From assembly GCF_037042905.1 (NCBI RefSeq), contig NC_087245.1:26910001-26970000 (forward strand): a stretch of 60,000 bases of DNA, read 5' to 3'. Positions 11,203 through 24,100 of the stretch are shown one piece after another. The number at the start of each line of letters is the position of its first letter. The stretch's first letter is position 1. Below the pieces are notes generated by a model that worked only from the letters and a program-made list of their open reading frames with translations, ran no database searches and was not told where the DNA came from. This DNA is from Lytechinus pictus (Eukaryota). Both the position numbers and the translations under genes were made by a program.

Positions 11203-13396
11203 AAAACTGTCTCATTTGCTTTTTTGCTTCAGTTCGTAGTGTATTTTTCTGATAATTCACAACAAAAGAATGAACATCACAATATATATGTAGAAATATT
11301 AGTAACAAGATTAAAACTTGATTTACAAAACTCTTTATTTTACTCACGGAAGATGTCAATAATAAGACAGCATAGGCCTATTAAGAAATGTACATAATTA
11401 ACATATCGTAAATGTATCTTCACAAAAACATGCGTTGCAATTAAAAATGAGGGTACTTTTATCATGATTGACAAATTTGACGCTCAAACCGGTCAGAAAT
11501 GATCCGAATGCACTTATGCAGACTTAGCTTGTAACCAAATACAACACAATTTAATGGTTTAATTCACCAAATATGGAGAAACACATTTGTACGCCTATAT
11601 CCGGATGAGGAAAACAAATTTATTTGCCAACCCATAAAATGTGTGTAATCTTGGTATTTTTTTCCTATTCATATTGTAAGAAGTACTTACCAAGACAAGC
11701 ATTTTATTCATCTTTCTTTATCAAATTGAAATGTCCATAACAATCTTATACGGTAGAAGGAAACTGGGGTTTGTAAGCTTAAAGTACATGTTCAAAATTA
11801 AGGCTTAACCATTATCACTGTTTTACTTTGTATTGTTACGTTCCAAGTATATTTATATCATGTTTTCGTAATTGTGTAATTGAATGTGTAACGGAATTCC
11901 CGCTTTTACGTCGTGCATGAAACTTTTATTCCTAATTGGAAAAACCACATGAAAATTACAATTGAGTGACATTGATATCAATAGTAATTCCAAACACGAC
12001 TGGGAGACCATTTAACAAACCGAAACTTTAATATTCTAGCAGCGTTGAGATCGAAAACTAAAGGAGTGGTCTATAATCCATGGTTGAATGCTTATTACCG
12101 ATTAAAGACCCGAAAATCAAAATATTGTTGACAAAAAGAATCGCTTTATGTATAAAATCTCTTATCAACCGAAAGCTATAACATAATGGAAAAAAAAATA
12201 ATCAAGATATTTTTTGGAAAGATATATTCCACCATCGTCATTAAACATTTTGATTGACATTTATTACCGTTAACATCATCTTTACAAGTAATTGTCAACC
12301 AACAGAAGTAAACTAGAAGTAATATTCGCATGTATATATCAATCAAATCTTGAAGCAACTTAAGAGTCTCGGACAGTGCAATTATGTCGAAACTAATCTT
12401 GGCAATTTAAACAGCTTTAAACTGCTAATCCATAAACATTTGCAGCATATATAACTGGAAAAATGCATCCAGATAAGGAAATTAATTGGAAAATAATGAA
12501 TTGTTCTTTATAATAACGAGTCCGAATTCAATGTAGACGTTCTTTAAAGAGCCAAGTTGAGCGTGATAATTTTGTTTTTCATCGGTGCGGTTTGTTCGCG
12601 TAAGTGCCAGTGTACTCTGATATAATGCCTATATCATCAAATGACTACTGCATTTATTAACCGTGCATTATGAATCATATCATATCTTGGTTACATGAGA
12701 ACGATCAAGGAAAGGGGAACTTTGTCTGAAAATAATATTTTTTTTTTGAATTATAATATCCCTGCTAGAAAGAGCGCAGTGTCGCAAAGTGTGTTCAAGT
12801 GTGGTTCCCATAGTCCATGCTAAATTTTCAGTATGAAGATGATTTCACACCGTTGATGCCTCCAGTGCGACTGTCAAGTGTGCTGGAATAGTTGAATAAG
12901 TGACCATACGAATCAAACTGTTAAAATTCTCAGTTATGATTTGTCTGGTGAAGTATAGTCCCCCCTATTGGATGCACATGTAAAATCATTCATGGCAACT
13001 GGAACAATGTTCGTAGAAGCCTGTATGATAACCATGAGGTTGATGTACAGGGAATGCAATGTAAAGTCATCTTGAATTTTATGAGGAAATGGCACTTATT
13101 AGCATCTGCATTACACATATGAGAGTTGCTCTTTAAGTGACTTCACATAATTCAAATTGAGAAAATCAGATCTATGTTATGCTTTGGTGAATTTGGACCA
13201 AACCTTCAGTAATATACAGTACTTCTCTCATTGTATTATCCCTTTATTCAAAGCAATGCAAAATCAGGGCGAACAACCCCTTGAAATGGAGTCATTGAGA
13301 ATGATGTTCAGGACAAATACTAAATTATTTGGAGGGGTTCAAGTATTGTAATAGAACGAAATGTCAGCAACCGATTAATATATGATTCTATTTTAA

Positions 13397-13893
13397 AAGG
13401 GAAGTTCACCTGAAGAAAAGTTTTTGATAAAAATAGCAAAAAGAATAATAAGAAATATTGGTGAAGGTTTGAGGAAAAACCGTTAAAGATTAAGAAAGTT
13501 ATTAGAATTTTAAGTTCGTGATTTGTGGCATCATAAACGAGCAGCTTCCCCATATGTTATGTAATACAAAATGCATGAATTTCATTTTCCAACAATTCCT
13601 GATGATTTATTTTTATTTTCTATTTAAGATCGGGTGTGAAATGATTTGTCTATTGATATACAAAGGTACAGGTAATAACTACTTTCAATTTTCTGAGAAA
13701 ATGACATTTCATTGATTTTTTTTTACAATTCACTATGTAGGAATGCTGCTCGCATATGACGTCACAAATCAAATAATCAAAATTCTATTTACTTTTTAAT
13801 TCTTTGGATTTTCTTCAAACCTTCAGCAATATTTTTAATGATTTTTTTTCTGCTATTTTTACAACAATCTTTTTGGCAGGGTGAACTACACCT
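13397..13893. mobile_element. TTAA-flanked MITE (Kolobok/piggyBac-type target site), copy 1
   Basis: ttaa|aagggaagttcacc ... ggtgaactacacct|ttaa; subterminal inverted ggtgaaggtttgaggaaaa / ttttcttcaaaccttcagc; homologous to 50404-50876. Confidence 0.75.
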
Positions 13894-15612
13894 TTAAATG
13901 CGAACATTGTAAGACCCTAAATAATTCTTGTGTTGCATTCACGAATAGAAGATGAATTTGTGGAATAGATCACCCAACTGAAAAGAACACGGGTTTACAT
14001 AATGTGCTCACAAGCATAGTGGACTATGCAGAGATATGATTCTCACTGTTAAAACCTTCAAGTCTAACAGTGTGATGATACGTTCACACTATGGACACCT
14101 CTGCACTTTGAGTGTTTATGTTCATGAACAACTACATGAAAAATGTTATTCACAGCTTTAAAATGTTCATATTTGACCATGTGAAGATGGTGTCACATTT
14201 TGGGACGCACTAAGTGGCAATGTTCTTTTTTAGCAGGGCGAAGTGTGAATAATACTTCAAATCAACCAGAAATATGGCATTCAACCGAACAGTACAATTA
14301 AAATGTTATACATTACATACACTAAAACAGCTTATGATGCAGTGTCCTCGTGTGATGTGCAACGTGGTTGAAATGAAGACAGCTAAAACAAAACGCTTCG
14401 GCTTGCAGGCCTAAATTGAATAACTTAACAGAATGTAAACATCTTTGACAGAGCGCTTAATGTACAAACGATCTTGCAAAATGTCGGCATGTCTTTGTGA
14501 TATACATCCATGGCGATAGCGATCTCCGAAGCGGGATAACTGTACGACTTCACAGAAGATCACATCTGCGCCTCATACCCCCACATTGCAATTAGGTAAA
14601 TGGACGACAAACTCTTTCTTAATTGAAAGCAGAAATCAATTAATCTTCTCTCGCAGTGCAATGTCTATAAAGCAGCAAATAAGTTTAATGCAATGAAGAG
14701 AGAGCAAATGTCCGTTGCATAAAAAAGCTTTCATTCAGTATAGACAAATATTATACTGTAACCTGTCGTTTCGTGTACTTTGCTCAGTAAACCCACATTG
14801 CAGGCCTATTATTCGCTTCATTCATGTCATCATGGTCATAGGCCTTATTAATTTCACCTAGAAGATGTGAATCAGGTAGCACCAATCCGAAAGGCTGAAA
14901 ACCACGTCGACGACTCTAAACACTGATCCATTCAATATGTGATATAGTCGAAGTTATCCACCTTTATGAGTCGAATCAACCAGAGCGAGCCAGTGAAGTT
15001 GTCTTAAATGTTGATCAAAGTGCGTCTTGATACAAAACAACCTCCCATCATTAGGCCTCAGTTTAAAGATGCTCGCACGTTCCTGATCCCAGTTTTCCCT
15101 TACATGCAAATCATTGGTTTAATATGCTGGAATAATGTAGGAATATAAAAAAGTGCATCCATATTACAGTAAGAAGGCTCTGAAAAAGCCGTTGAGATTT
15201 TCTTGAAGTTCATCTTAATAACCGAGCAAAAGATAGTCGTGCAGTGCTTGAATGGACCCGAACATTATTTTTATAAATGCTCTGAGAATTCAGTAGGTTC
15301 CGTGGCTTTACGAAGTATTTGGAATTCACCACGAATATAAAAAAAAACGAGGATTTTTCATTCCTACCACATTTCTACCGATTCAGTCTCTAGTGACTCT
15401 CTTGTAGGATGGGTATAAGTATCACCAAAAGTGAACCATGGTGTAATGTATGGCGAGTTGATCAGTATAATGCTGGTGGTAGGTCATGATCTCTGAAACC
15501 GAATGAAATCGTCACTTTTCGATTCAGTCAAAGCCTCTGCTTCCGAGGTTCCATCTCGCTTGGAAGAAACGTGATCAAAATAATTATTCATTCGAGTCTA
15601 AAAATTTTCAGT

Positions 15613-15671
15613 TCAGCTCTCGTCTTCCTCCTCTTCCTCTAAGAATGAGTCAGATGTTTTCTTCATAGCTT
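15613..15671 (-). CDS. Gene 2 last coding exon
   Basis: TTGCAG|; EAMKKTSDSFLEEEEEDES*; parallels the starts of exons 2 and 3. Confidence 0.8.
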
Positions 15672-18600
15672 CTGCAAACAGGAAAAACAAAGATTTTTAT
15701 GAAGACGATTAATATGTTGTAGGTATTCATTTCATTATATATTTTACACACAATGGTTTTTTATACTATATATTATATTTGTCACCAAAGCCATTGACTT
15801 TGTTTTATTATAATCATCATCCGTATTATCCATTACCATATTTATACTACTGTTCCTTTTCATGTTAACAAATCAAATTCTATAAATCATTTTCGTAATA
15901 TCTTATTCAGCTCAGGTTAAAACATTCAGTGTAAATGTATTCAGGGAATGAGAACATCGGAAGAAAGGGGAGAAAGCAATTAAGACTGGAACGGAAAAAA
16001 AAAAGAAGATGGGAAAAGGAGTTTTAAAATGAGAAAAGGTGAAATACGAAAAGAAGAGGAAGCGCAAACCGAAATAGGCCTCAATCAGAGAAAAAAAAAT
16101 AGGTAAGAGCCAGATGAAAGAACCAGAGGATTGAATGTTAGAATATTACCTGAAATGATGTGTTTGGGTAGATCCACCTCTAACGGAGTCAGTTGTCGCT
16201 TCAAGATCTTGGTATGATGTGGCGATACTTTCCTCCTGGCCGAAGAAGGGCTCCCACTGCCGTCTTTGTTACCTGAGTAAGCCGACTTCTTGAAGAGTGA
16301 TTGTCTTTGAAGGGTAGGCGAACCCATATCCTTCGGACCATCCTGGATGTTTCTTCCGGCATTGGACTTGACTGTGCCATTCGCTCCCCCCACAAGGTCC
16401 AACGAAGATGCTTCACGATTGTTGTTATTGCAGTTCACAGAGGTGATGATATCTGGTCGACCTGACACATCCACTTCAGCAACGTCGTTTTTGGTGTTCT
16501 CTTCAGTTACCGCACCACTGCTGGCATTGGCTGCGTTTTCGGTTTCATCAGACGAAGATGACAGTTTTTCCGTTGATGACTGATTGTCATCCACTTGACC
16601 ACTTGTTGCTTCTGACTTCTGTTGTCCACACTCGCTAGGTTTTCTCTCTTCCGTTTCCTCCTCCTCCTCCTCCTCCTCTTCCTCCATAATACCTTCACTT
16701 GATTTCTCTGCCATGATATCTAAAATAAAAGGAAGATTTCCATAACAATAATTTTTGCTCGTATTTTTTATTTCAGGGATATCTGGAATAAGTTTTGTCC
16801 AGCCTCAATATGAAATCTTCCAATTGCTACATTGTTACATATTGTTAAAATGATTTTTTTTAAGAAAAAAAACTAGTCGAACTCCCAAAGACCGCATACG
16901 GGCTCAACTCCCGCATAATCTTAATGAAAGTTGCAGTTTAACGACATTATATTATTAGAACATTTTATTTCCGCAAGTATTCCAAACATCTTTAGACGGG
17001 ATGGCCTAGATAACTGAATTAATGAGGGGGGAAATAGAATCTACTGGTACCTTTTAGATTCTTGGGTACATCCAATTTGATTGGCGTCTGTCTGCGGACA
17101 AACTTGCGTGGGTGATGGGGAACAGTCTGAACCCGAGAGTTACTTGGTTCCGGTTCAGGACTCTTCGTGAAAGACTTTGATACTGTTGGCGAAAGGAAAT
17201 GCTTGTCCTCGGCGTTGAAATCATCCTCCTCTTCGTCATTCTCATCCCCACCCTCGTCTGCATCTGCTAGCTTCTCCGCATCTTCGTGCGAGATCTCCTC
17301 ACCTACGTCTGTCCGGACGACGATCGTTGGGCTACCAGTGTCAGTACTCAACTCGTTGGTATGGCCATCATCTGCCAAGCCGATATGAAGATCTTTCGAG
17401 CCTGATATTCTTGGCGACGGGGTATCAGCGTCACTGCTCTCGATGTCTTCAATGACGAGGACGTCAGCAGTGGTTCCTTGCTTTAGTGACACTGGTACAG
17501 GACTTTGATCTCCGTCAACAACACGCTCTTCCTCGTCTTCCTCGAATGATGCGGCCATCATTTTCTTTGATGCCTTGTCTGTATATAACAAAACAAACAC
17601 AGGTATAAATGTATTGGATTCAAACAAACATTACCTACAAGTAATATCATAATGTATTAAGAGATACCGTGATGATACGATCGTTCACGGATGGCACCTG
17701 CGTGTTTATTAGGCCTACTCTTTTTTATGGAGGGAGGGGTGGGGAGATGATTCAAATATTTTCCGTATTAATTTTGTTAGAAATTAACCAGTGTTATTTA
17801 TTCAATAAATTTTCAAACAAATATAATATATCATGCAGCTCCGATGAGCGAAAATCTTCAAAAGCCATATATGTTATTATAGTGCATACTGTAACTACAA
17901 GTGATTTAGCACAAGGCGTTTCGACATTTATACTTCACACAATTGACAAACAGAACAAATAGACCAAAACAAGGTGATCATTTCAAATCTGTATTTGCAA
18001 TATTTCCTACCGGTGTTACGCTCAACAAAGCTTAAATGCGAAATATTTGCTCAGGTGAAAATTCAAACTATCAATATGAGGTATGATATTTTGGAGTTCC
18101 ATCGAACAAAAAGCAATAAAATATCTTATTCATATTCCTTAAGACGTAGATACTAGTCTTGTTACAAAGTCCTCATTATCATCCAACATGTTCTCTTTCG
18201 AAAGGAATTTCCAAACTAAACGTAACTCCTTACGATTTAAGAATAGTTTCATTAACATTATTCATGCAAGTTTGAAAATCATAATGACAATTATTGTCAC
18301 TTGCATACAACAATAATTAGTATTAAGCTTATTTCTTCGTTTGACACTGCAACATGTGTAATAAATGAAAGTTATTGTGATTGCAATGGAGGTGCAACTT
18401 TTGTTATTACAAAATATTACACACATTCATATTTTTACTGTACAAATAATATTATTTGTACAGTAAAAAAATGATATGGGGATAGTCTCGCACAAAGATG
18501 GAAATGTAGGTTTATTCAGATGTCAATATAATCCCCTACCAACTTTAGTTCTTTCTAAATAATATGACGTTTTAGGGGCTTGTTAAATGAAGGTGTAAAG

Positions 18601-21191
18601 TAATGCAACCTATATGGAATAACGCAAGCTTTGAGAAAAAGGATTGAGATATATTAATGCACGGCATAACACTCGTATCTAAAATGAGAGAATACTTTGT
18701 ATTCTCTCATTCACTCGGAATATTCCCCTTCCCTTCTATTTCCCTATGCACAAGTACTCTGCGAACCAACTCACGCAATTGTTGCCAAGGCAATAAGTGT
18801 AAATGACACATTTTTGCTGAAGTAGTTTAGCAGAATGCAATTTTGTTGTGATTGCATTTTTACAAAATATTAATTGCAATTAAACACGGAGGTTGTGGTT
18901 TTCATTCTATTCTCAAGTGGTTCAAGCTTATCTTTTGTCACACCTTCAATATGAATTTCTTTCCACAAAATGACGTTAATATCCCCCGAAATCATTTGCA
19001 CTGGAAGATTGTGATTTGTATATCAGAAATATGTATTGACTATACCAACTTGGAAACAGTGAAGATATTCAATTCTCATGTCTTTGTACCTGCCCGTTCT
19101 TCAAAATATGAAAGATTGACGGGAATCGTTCGAAACAACCAAAATGATTTACATGCCAGTATCTGGATTAAAAAGTCTAATGAATATATCATCACTATGC
19201 TGACGGTGATGTCCATGCATAAAAAAAATACCAACATCAAAGTTAACCATGACCGAAACATCCATAAATCGTAATAGTTCTTAAACCAATCCATTATGCA
19301 TGGTTGTGAACCGCCCATTTATTCCACATGTTCCACGCTTACATCCTTTGACCAGTGTTAAGTCGAAATCTGTGAACAAATTATCGGAAGCCAAACATGT
19401 TATTTTTTGGTTAAAACTATTTTTATTGTGTTCACAGTGCACTTTCACCGTGCTGTAATGGCGAAGAAAACCAATTAATTATACTCATACATTATTGATT
19501 ACTGACGAATGAGCTGATAAATCTAACCCATACATTTAGTGATTTATGTCACAATCGGCTCACCATAGTCAAACCCCAACTTCAGACTAGAGTTTGAATT
19601 AAACCCGACTTCAGAATAATGGCCTTTGAGTTTGCTTCAAAGACTGCACTTTTTTGTAATAAAGCTTGGAGGAAAGCGTGCGCCAAGGAGATGATGCGAT
19701 GTGCCATTTACAGAAAGCCTTTAAATATATCGTCACACGTCCAATCAAGTAATTAGTGAGAACGAGACAAAACTCATTTATTATGCGATTCTGTCAGTTG
19801 AGAGGAGGCATTGGTATAGTGGTCATATTTGCGTTTGATCATTATCATTTTATCATGACATTACTGTAATGTCATGATGTGTGAGTGTGTGTGTGAGCGT
19901 GTGGGTGAGTGAGGGTGCTTGTATGTGTGTGCATATCATTTTCAATCAATGTGTACTGGGGTGTACAGATTATCATCATAAGCATTATAAGTCAAATAAT
20001 TTCATGTTATTTTCAAAACCATAACAATGAACCGCATAATGAATGAATATGTATATGTGGTGTGGCAATGAGTCAAAATATAATGAGATATGCCTTATCG
20101 TGCAGTTATTTTTTGTATGCTAAAGCTAGCGTACTTTTGTTATCCTTATGATCCATCAACATAAAAGCAACAAAGAATTAGAAAGATGTTAATATAAAAA
20201 AAATCCTGCCTGGATGCCCTCCTAGTTATTATGGATATTTTAACACGAATCTCAAATTATAACATAAAATTCGTGTTAAGATATCCATTATAACTAGGAT
20301 GGCATGTTAGCAGGATAAATTATGAATATCTTAAAATATGTGGAAGGTTACAAATTATAGAGTGCATATAGTTTAACTCTTTTTTTATGATCCTAGCTTC
20401 GTTGCGAAAATGTTTTAAGCAAGGAGAAAGAAACACCGTCTTGTGAACATAATACATACACATTTAAAATGTCTGTTGTCAAATTCGTTCAAAGAAATAT
20501 AATTTGTGGATGAGATTTTCTCTTACTAGTAATTAGGCAAAGTCCGGTGTTTTTTCAAACGAAATTCGGAAAAGTACCATTTAAACTATCCCAATTGCTA
20601 AAGAAAATTTATCTCGCCCAGTTTCATAAAAGTTAAAATAGCATTCGTCAGACAAATTTGGAAATTACATCAATAAGAAGTTTCATTCTTGTGGCAAATT
20701 CCTATATCCAAATCTGGATATAAAAATGTAGCAACTTTTATGTCACACTTGGCAGGTGGATGATCAAATCACTTCCAAATTTTTTACCTAAGATTGTACT
20801 TACCAAGTACAGATTTAGGCACTCGAATAGCCATTGGAGTAGGTCTTCTAACCAAAGGCCTTGATGGATTCTGTGTTGACCTGACCTGCCATGGTTCACT
20901 ACTACTTGATGACCCTGCTATAGGATGTTTCACATACTCATGTGATTTGGCCGCTGCACCGTTTGGTATCTCCGTTACTTCACCCCATGAGAGGACGGGA
21001 TGAGGGCGTCCTTTAAAACCCGAAGGCATCGACTGTGACTCTTCAGAAGCACTTGCGGAATGAGATAGCTGTTGGTTAAGACCGTTAAGAGACAGTGCCT
21101 TCAAAGACTGCACTCCTTGCGATGTCTCCTGGTCTGATGATGCAGTTGGCATGCTGCCAACATCACTTGAACACGATTCTTGTGACGTCAT
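15613..21191 (-). CDS. Uncharacterised acidic, disorder-like protein (514 aa) with three (R/K)R-x(1-2)-TP...VPK...poly-E motifs
   Basis: Coding exons 21191-20804, 17578-17051, 16719-16150 and 15671-15613 total 1545 nt. All introns are GT-AG and phase 1. The ATG is in AAAACTATG context with an in-frame upstream TAA near 21253. TGA lies at 15613-15615. Confidence 0.8.
16150..16719 (-). CDS. Gene 2 coding exon 3
   Basis: TTTTAG|...|GTAATA; 570 nt; DIMAEKSSEGIMEEEEEEEEE...KILKRQLTPLEVDLPKHIIS. Confidence 0.85.
17051..17578 (-). CDS. Gene 2 coding exon 2
   Basis: ATACAG|...|GTACCA; 528 nt; DKASKKMMAASFEEDEEE...RKFVRRQTPIKLDVPKNLK. Confidence 0.85.
18432..18469. repeat. Perfect 38-bp palindrome
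   Basis: tttttactgtacaaataat|attatttgtacagtaaaaa. Confidence 0.9.
20203..20316. repeat. ~114-bp imperfect hairpin (small MITE-like) in a gene 2 intron
   Basis: atcctgc..atgcc.tcctagttattatggatattttaacacgaat / attcgtgttaagatatccattataactaggatggcat..gcaggat. Confidence 0.75.
20804..21191 (-). CDS. Gene 2 first coding exon; the exon probably extends as 5' UTR to the acceptor at 21629
   Basis: MTSQESCSS...RPLVRRPTPMAIRVPKSVL|GTAAGT; upstream acceptor TTTTCTGCAG| at 21630. Confidence 0.8.
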
Positions 21192-24100
21192 AGTTTTACT
21201 TGAACTGTAGGCACTTAATGGGGGAAGTCTGGTGTGATTTTGTGTGATCCCTTACGATCTTGGGACTCTCCCTTTTGAGGAGGTTACGATGAATTTTCGC
21301 TTTTGAATCTACTGTCAGAGTATTTCTGTGTGATCTTGCTCACCCCAATGTTCTAATGCCATTTGATTGATTGCCCGCTTCTGCAGTCCGTAACATCCAC
21401 TCTTCTCTGGCCTTTAGAGTAAGTGATAATATCGAGTGTTGACGGTGACGATATAGGTAGCCGGATACACACGCTTCTGATTGTCAAGTGCTAATTTCGA
21501 AGAAGTTTGCCGTAACCTATCGTTAAATTTAGCCAATAACCTGAGCCGAAAAACCAGTCTTGAAAAACGGCATGGACGAACACTTGAAGATATAATTAAC
21601 GAATGAGGGTACTCCAGCCTCGGCGTAGCCTGCAGAAAATGAACAAATGAGAAAAACTAATTTATTTAAATGCATTGAAATGTGGTTTTGCCTATCTCTA
21701 ACTTACACATATTAATTCCAGTGCACAATAATTTCATGAACTATATATCGCTTAACGACTTTAACAGAAAGCAGATTCCAAGTGTGGCGATGTTGACATC
21801 ATATGATTCTCTTTTCGCCAATCAGAATAGATATTTAATGCAGTGAAATTGGGTTAAGTAATTTCCCCGTTTCAACGTTGCTCGGTCATGACGGTCGTTG
21901 ACTTTTCATCTTTGACAATCTGAGCCCTACTCCACCCTCTCGTACGCAGGATACGGGAAAGTTAACATTACTTTGTATCAATTACTTTATCAATCGACTG
22001 CAATCTTTCAACTTTCACTATACGCTTATGAATATCAATCAAAACAGAGCTGTGTCTTTCTATATGAATATCAAATTGGTATTGATGCTATTGCACGCAC
22101 ATTAAACACACATACACATACAAAATAAAATTAAAAGGTTCATGTGTTGAACATTTCATATATCTATAGTCGCATCAATGTAATGAGACAAAAATATAAC
22201 ATTCTTGTTATCGTTCTGATTCAGGAATCCCGAATGCAGCGGAGTGTCACAACTTAAACATGGTGATTTTGTTTCGAGAATGTTTCTAGAAAATCAACTT
22301 CTATCACCCTTACATAAAATAAGTCTACTGTGATAGCTATCTTAAGACTTCACGTTCAATAAACGTTTTCGTGCTCCTTTCCACATGATCCAATGTATGC
22401 CGTGTGATCCTGCACACATTCTTCTCTTCTAAATTCAACAAATTGATTAAAAACACACACTTTGAGATTCTCTAAAATGTTTGGGACCTTGGTAGCATCA
22501 TAACCATTGCTATAACATTCCGGTGAAGATTACTGAAGACTGATATTAGTTGTCCATTTTATTTCAACGCTTTACTATGTTTTTTGTGATCGTGATACAT
22601 TCCCCATCACAATGGTTTTCATCAACAAAGAATGTATTGAATTATGTCGACCAACCAGGATAGAACTCCCGACGTAGATGTTTGTTGTGTTTATCGCATC
22701 TTATTATCGGGGGTTGAAATTGATTTCAAAACAGACTACAGATGAAATCTGTTTCAGGGTGAACAGTACTCTCGTAAAATACTTTGTACTTTAGCCGAAT
22801 TGACATCTCGTAAACACTAGATCTACATAATTTATACACCCACTCCACCATAACACATTTCAATATGTACTCCATCGACACGCCGATCTGAGCCAGAATC
22901 ATTTTTGCTATTTTATATGTGTCAGGCAGGCAGATGATAATGGGCTCAACAGAAGAAACATGACACTTCGGTAAAGATTCCTGAAATAACGCCCACTTAA
23001 AGTGTTCAAAGTTTTACTAAAACTTGAAACGGAAAGATCATTTGGTAGATAACCGGTTTGATCATGTTGATACGAGTGTCCGTGGATCAATATCGAACAA
23101 AGAACAAGAAACAAAAAGACAACTGTATGGAGTACCTACTCGACTGTCACCAATTCGACAGAAGCTAATCTGAACTCGCATATCAATAAACAACATTGAC
23201 CTTTTTATCTCATTTGCAAAAGATGTCCACAAAGTTGATGAATAAAAAGCAACAGCAGAAGATAAGTGCGCGCGGGAGGTTGTGGGTGTGTACAAGTACG
23301 TACGTGGGGGGAGAAAGAAAGAATATAAGATGGGTGTTGTTGAGCATGTCGAGAGCCGCGAAAATGCCTCTTCTATGCACGGCTCGTGAAAGATGGGAAA
23401 ATTAATGTTATGACTGACCTACTTTGGTTTATGACTGACGATAAAAGGGATGAGCTGCCGCACATGGCATTGACTCTGCTCGACATATATAGGGACGGCA
23501 TTGGGTTTCTTGAAATCATCTCGAGCGTCAATAAATCATAATTTCAGAGGGACACCTGGACGAAATGAGTTTTATTAATCCTCACAAATTCTGCTTGGGC
23601 TGAACTAATCAAATAACTTGCCCTGATGAGGAGGTGGAGACGTGCTGATATAGCGGATGGGGCTCGGTTCAGACACCACAGGTCACAAAATAGGAGTACT
23701 GTTAAAGTTGATCTAAAACCCCCTTTCAAACTAAGTTACGATGATCACAGGTTACTATTATGCCAAAGTTACAACGTAATCACGGCCTCCTTGAACTGCA
23801 TTATGCATTATGCTAAAAGAAACAGTTGAAATCTGTGTACATTGCATGTGTTTTAACCGTGAATGAATAAAGTCAAACAAAAATATCAATACCATAGATA
23901 TAGAATTCGATAATGATCCAAGGATACAAAGCAAACACCGACACGCTAAAAAATAAAGCGTCGAGCCTTAGATGGTTATCCACTCTTCACGTTTTAATAA
24001 CCCTTTTCCATTATAACAGTAAATTTCGCAAATGATAAAGAGATTCATCAAAAGGTTTCAATAACAAGTTAACAACCCATTTGTGATTAAAAAAAATACG

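Noticed and set aside
20965..21010. RPHPVLSWGEVTEIP as a PP1 RVxF site, making gene 2 a PPP1R1/DARPP-32 ortholog
   Set aside because: It lacks the required basic residue next to LSW and there is no KIQF motif, so no gene symbol was assigned.
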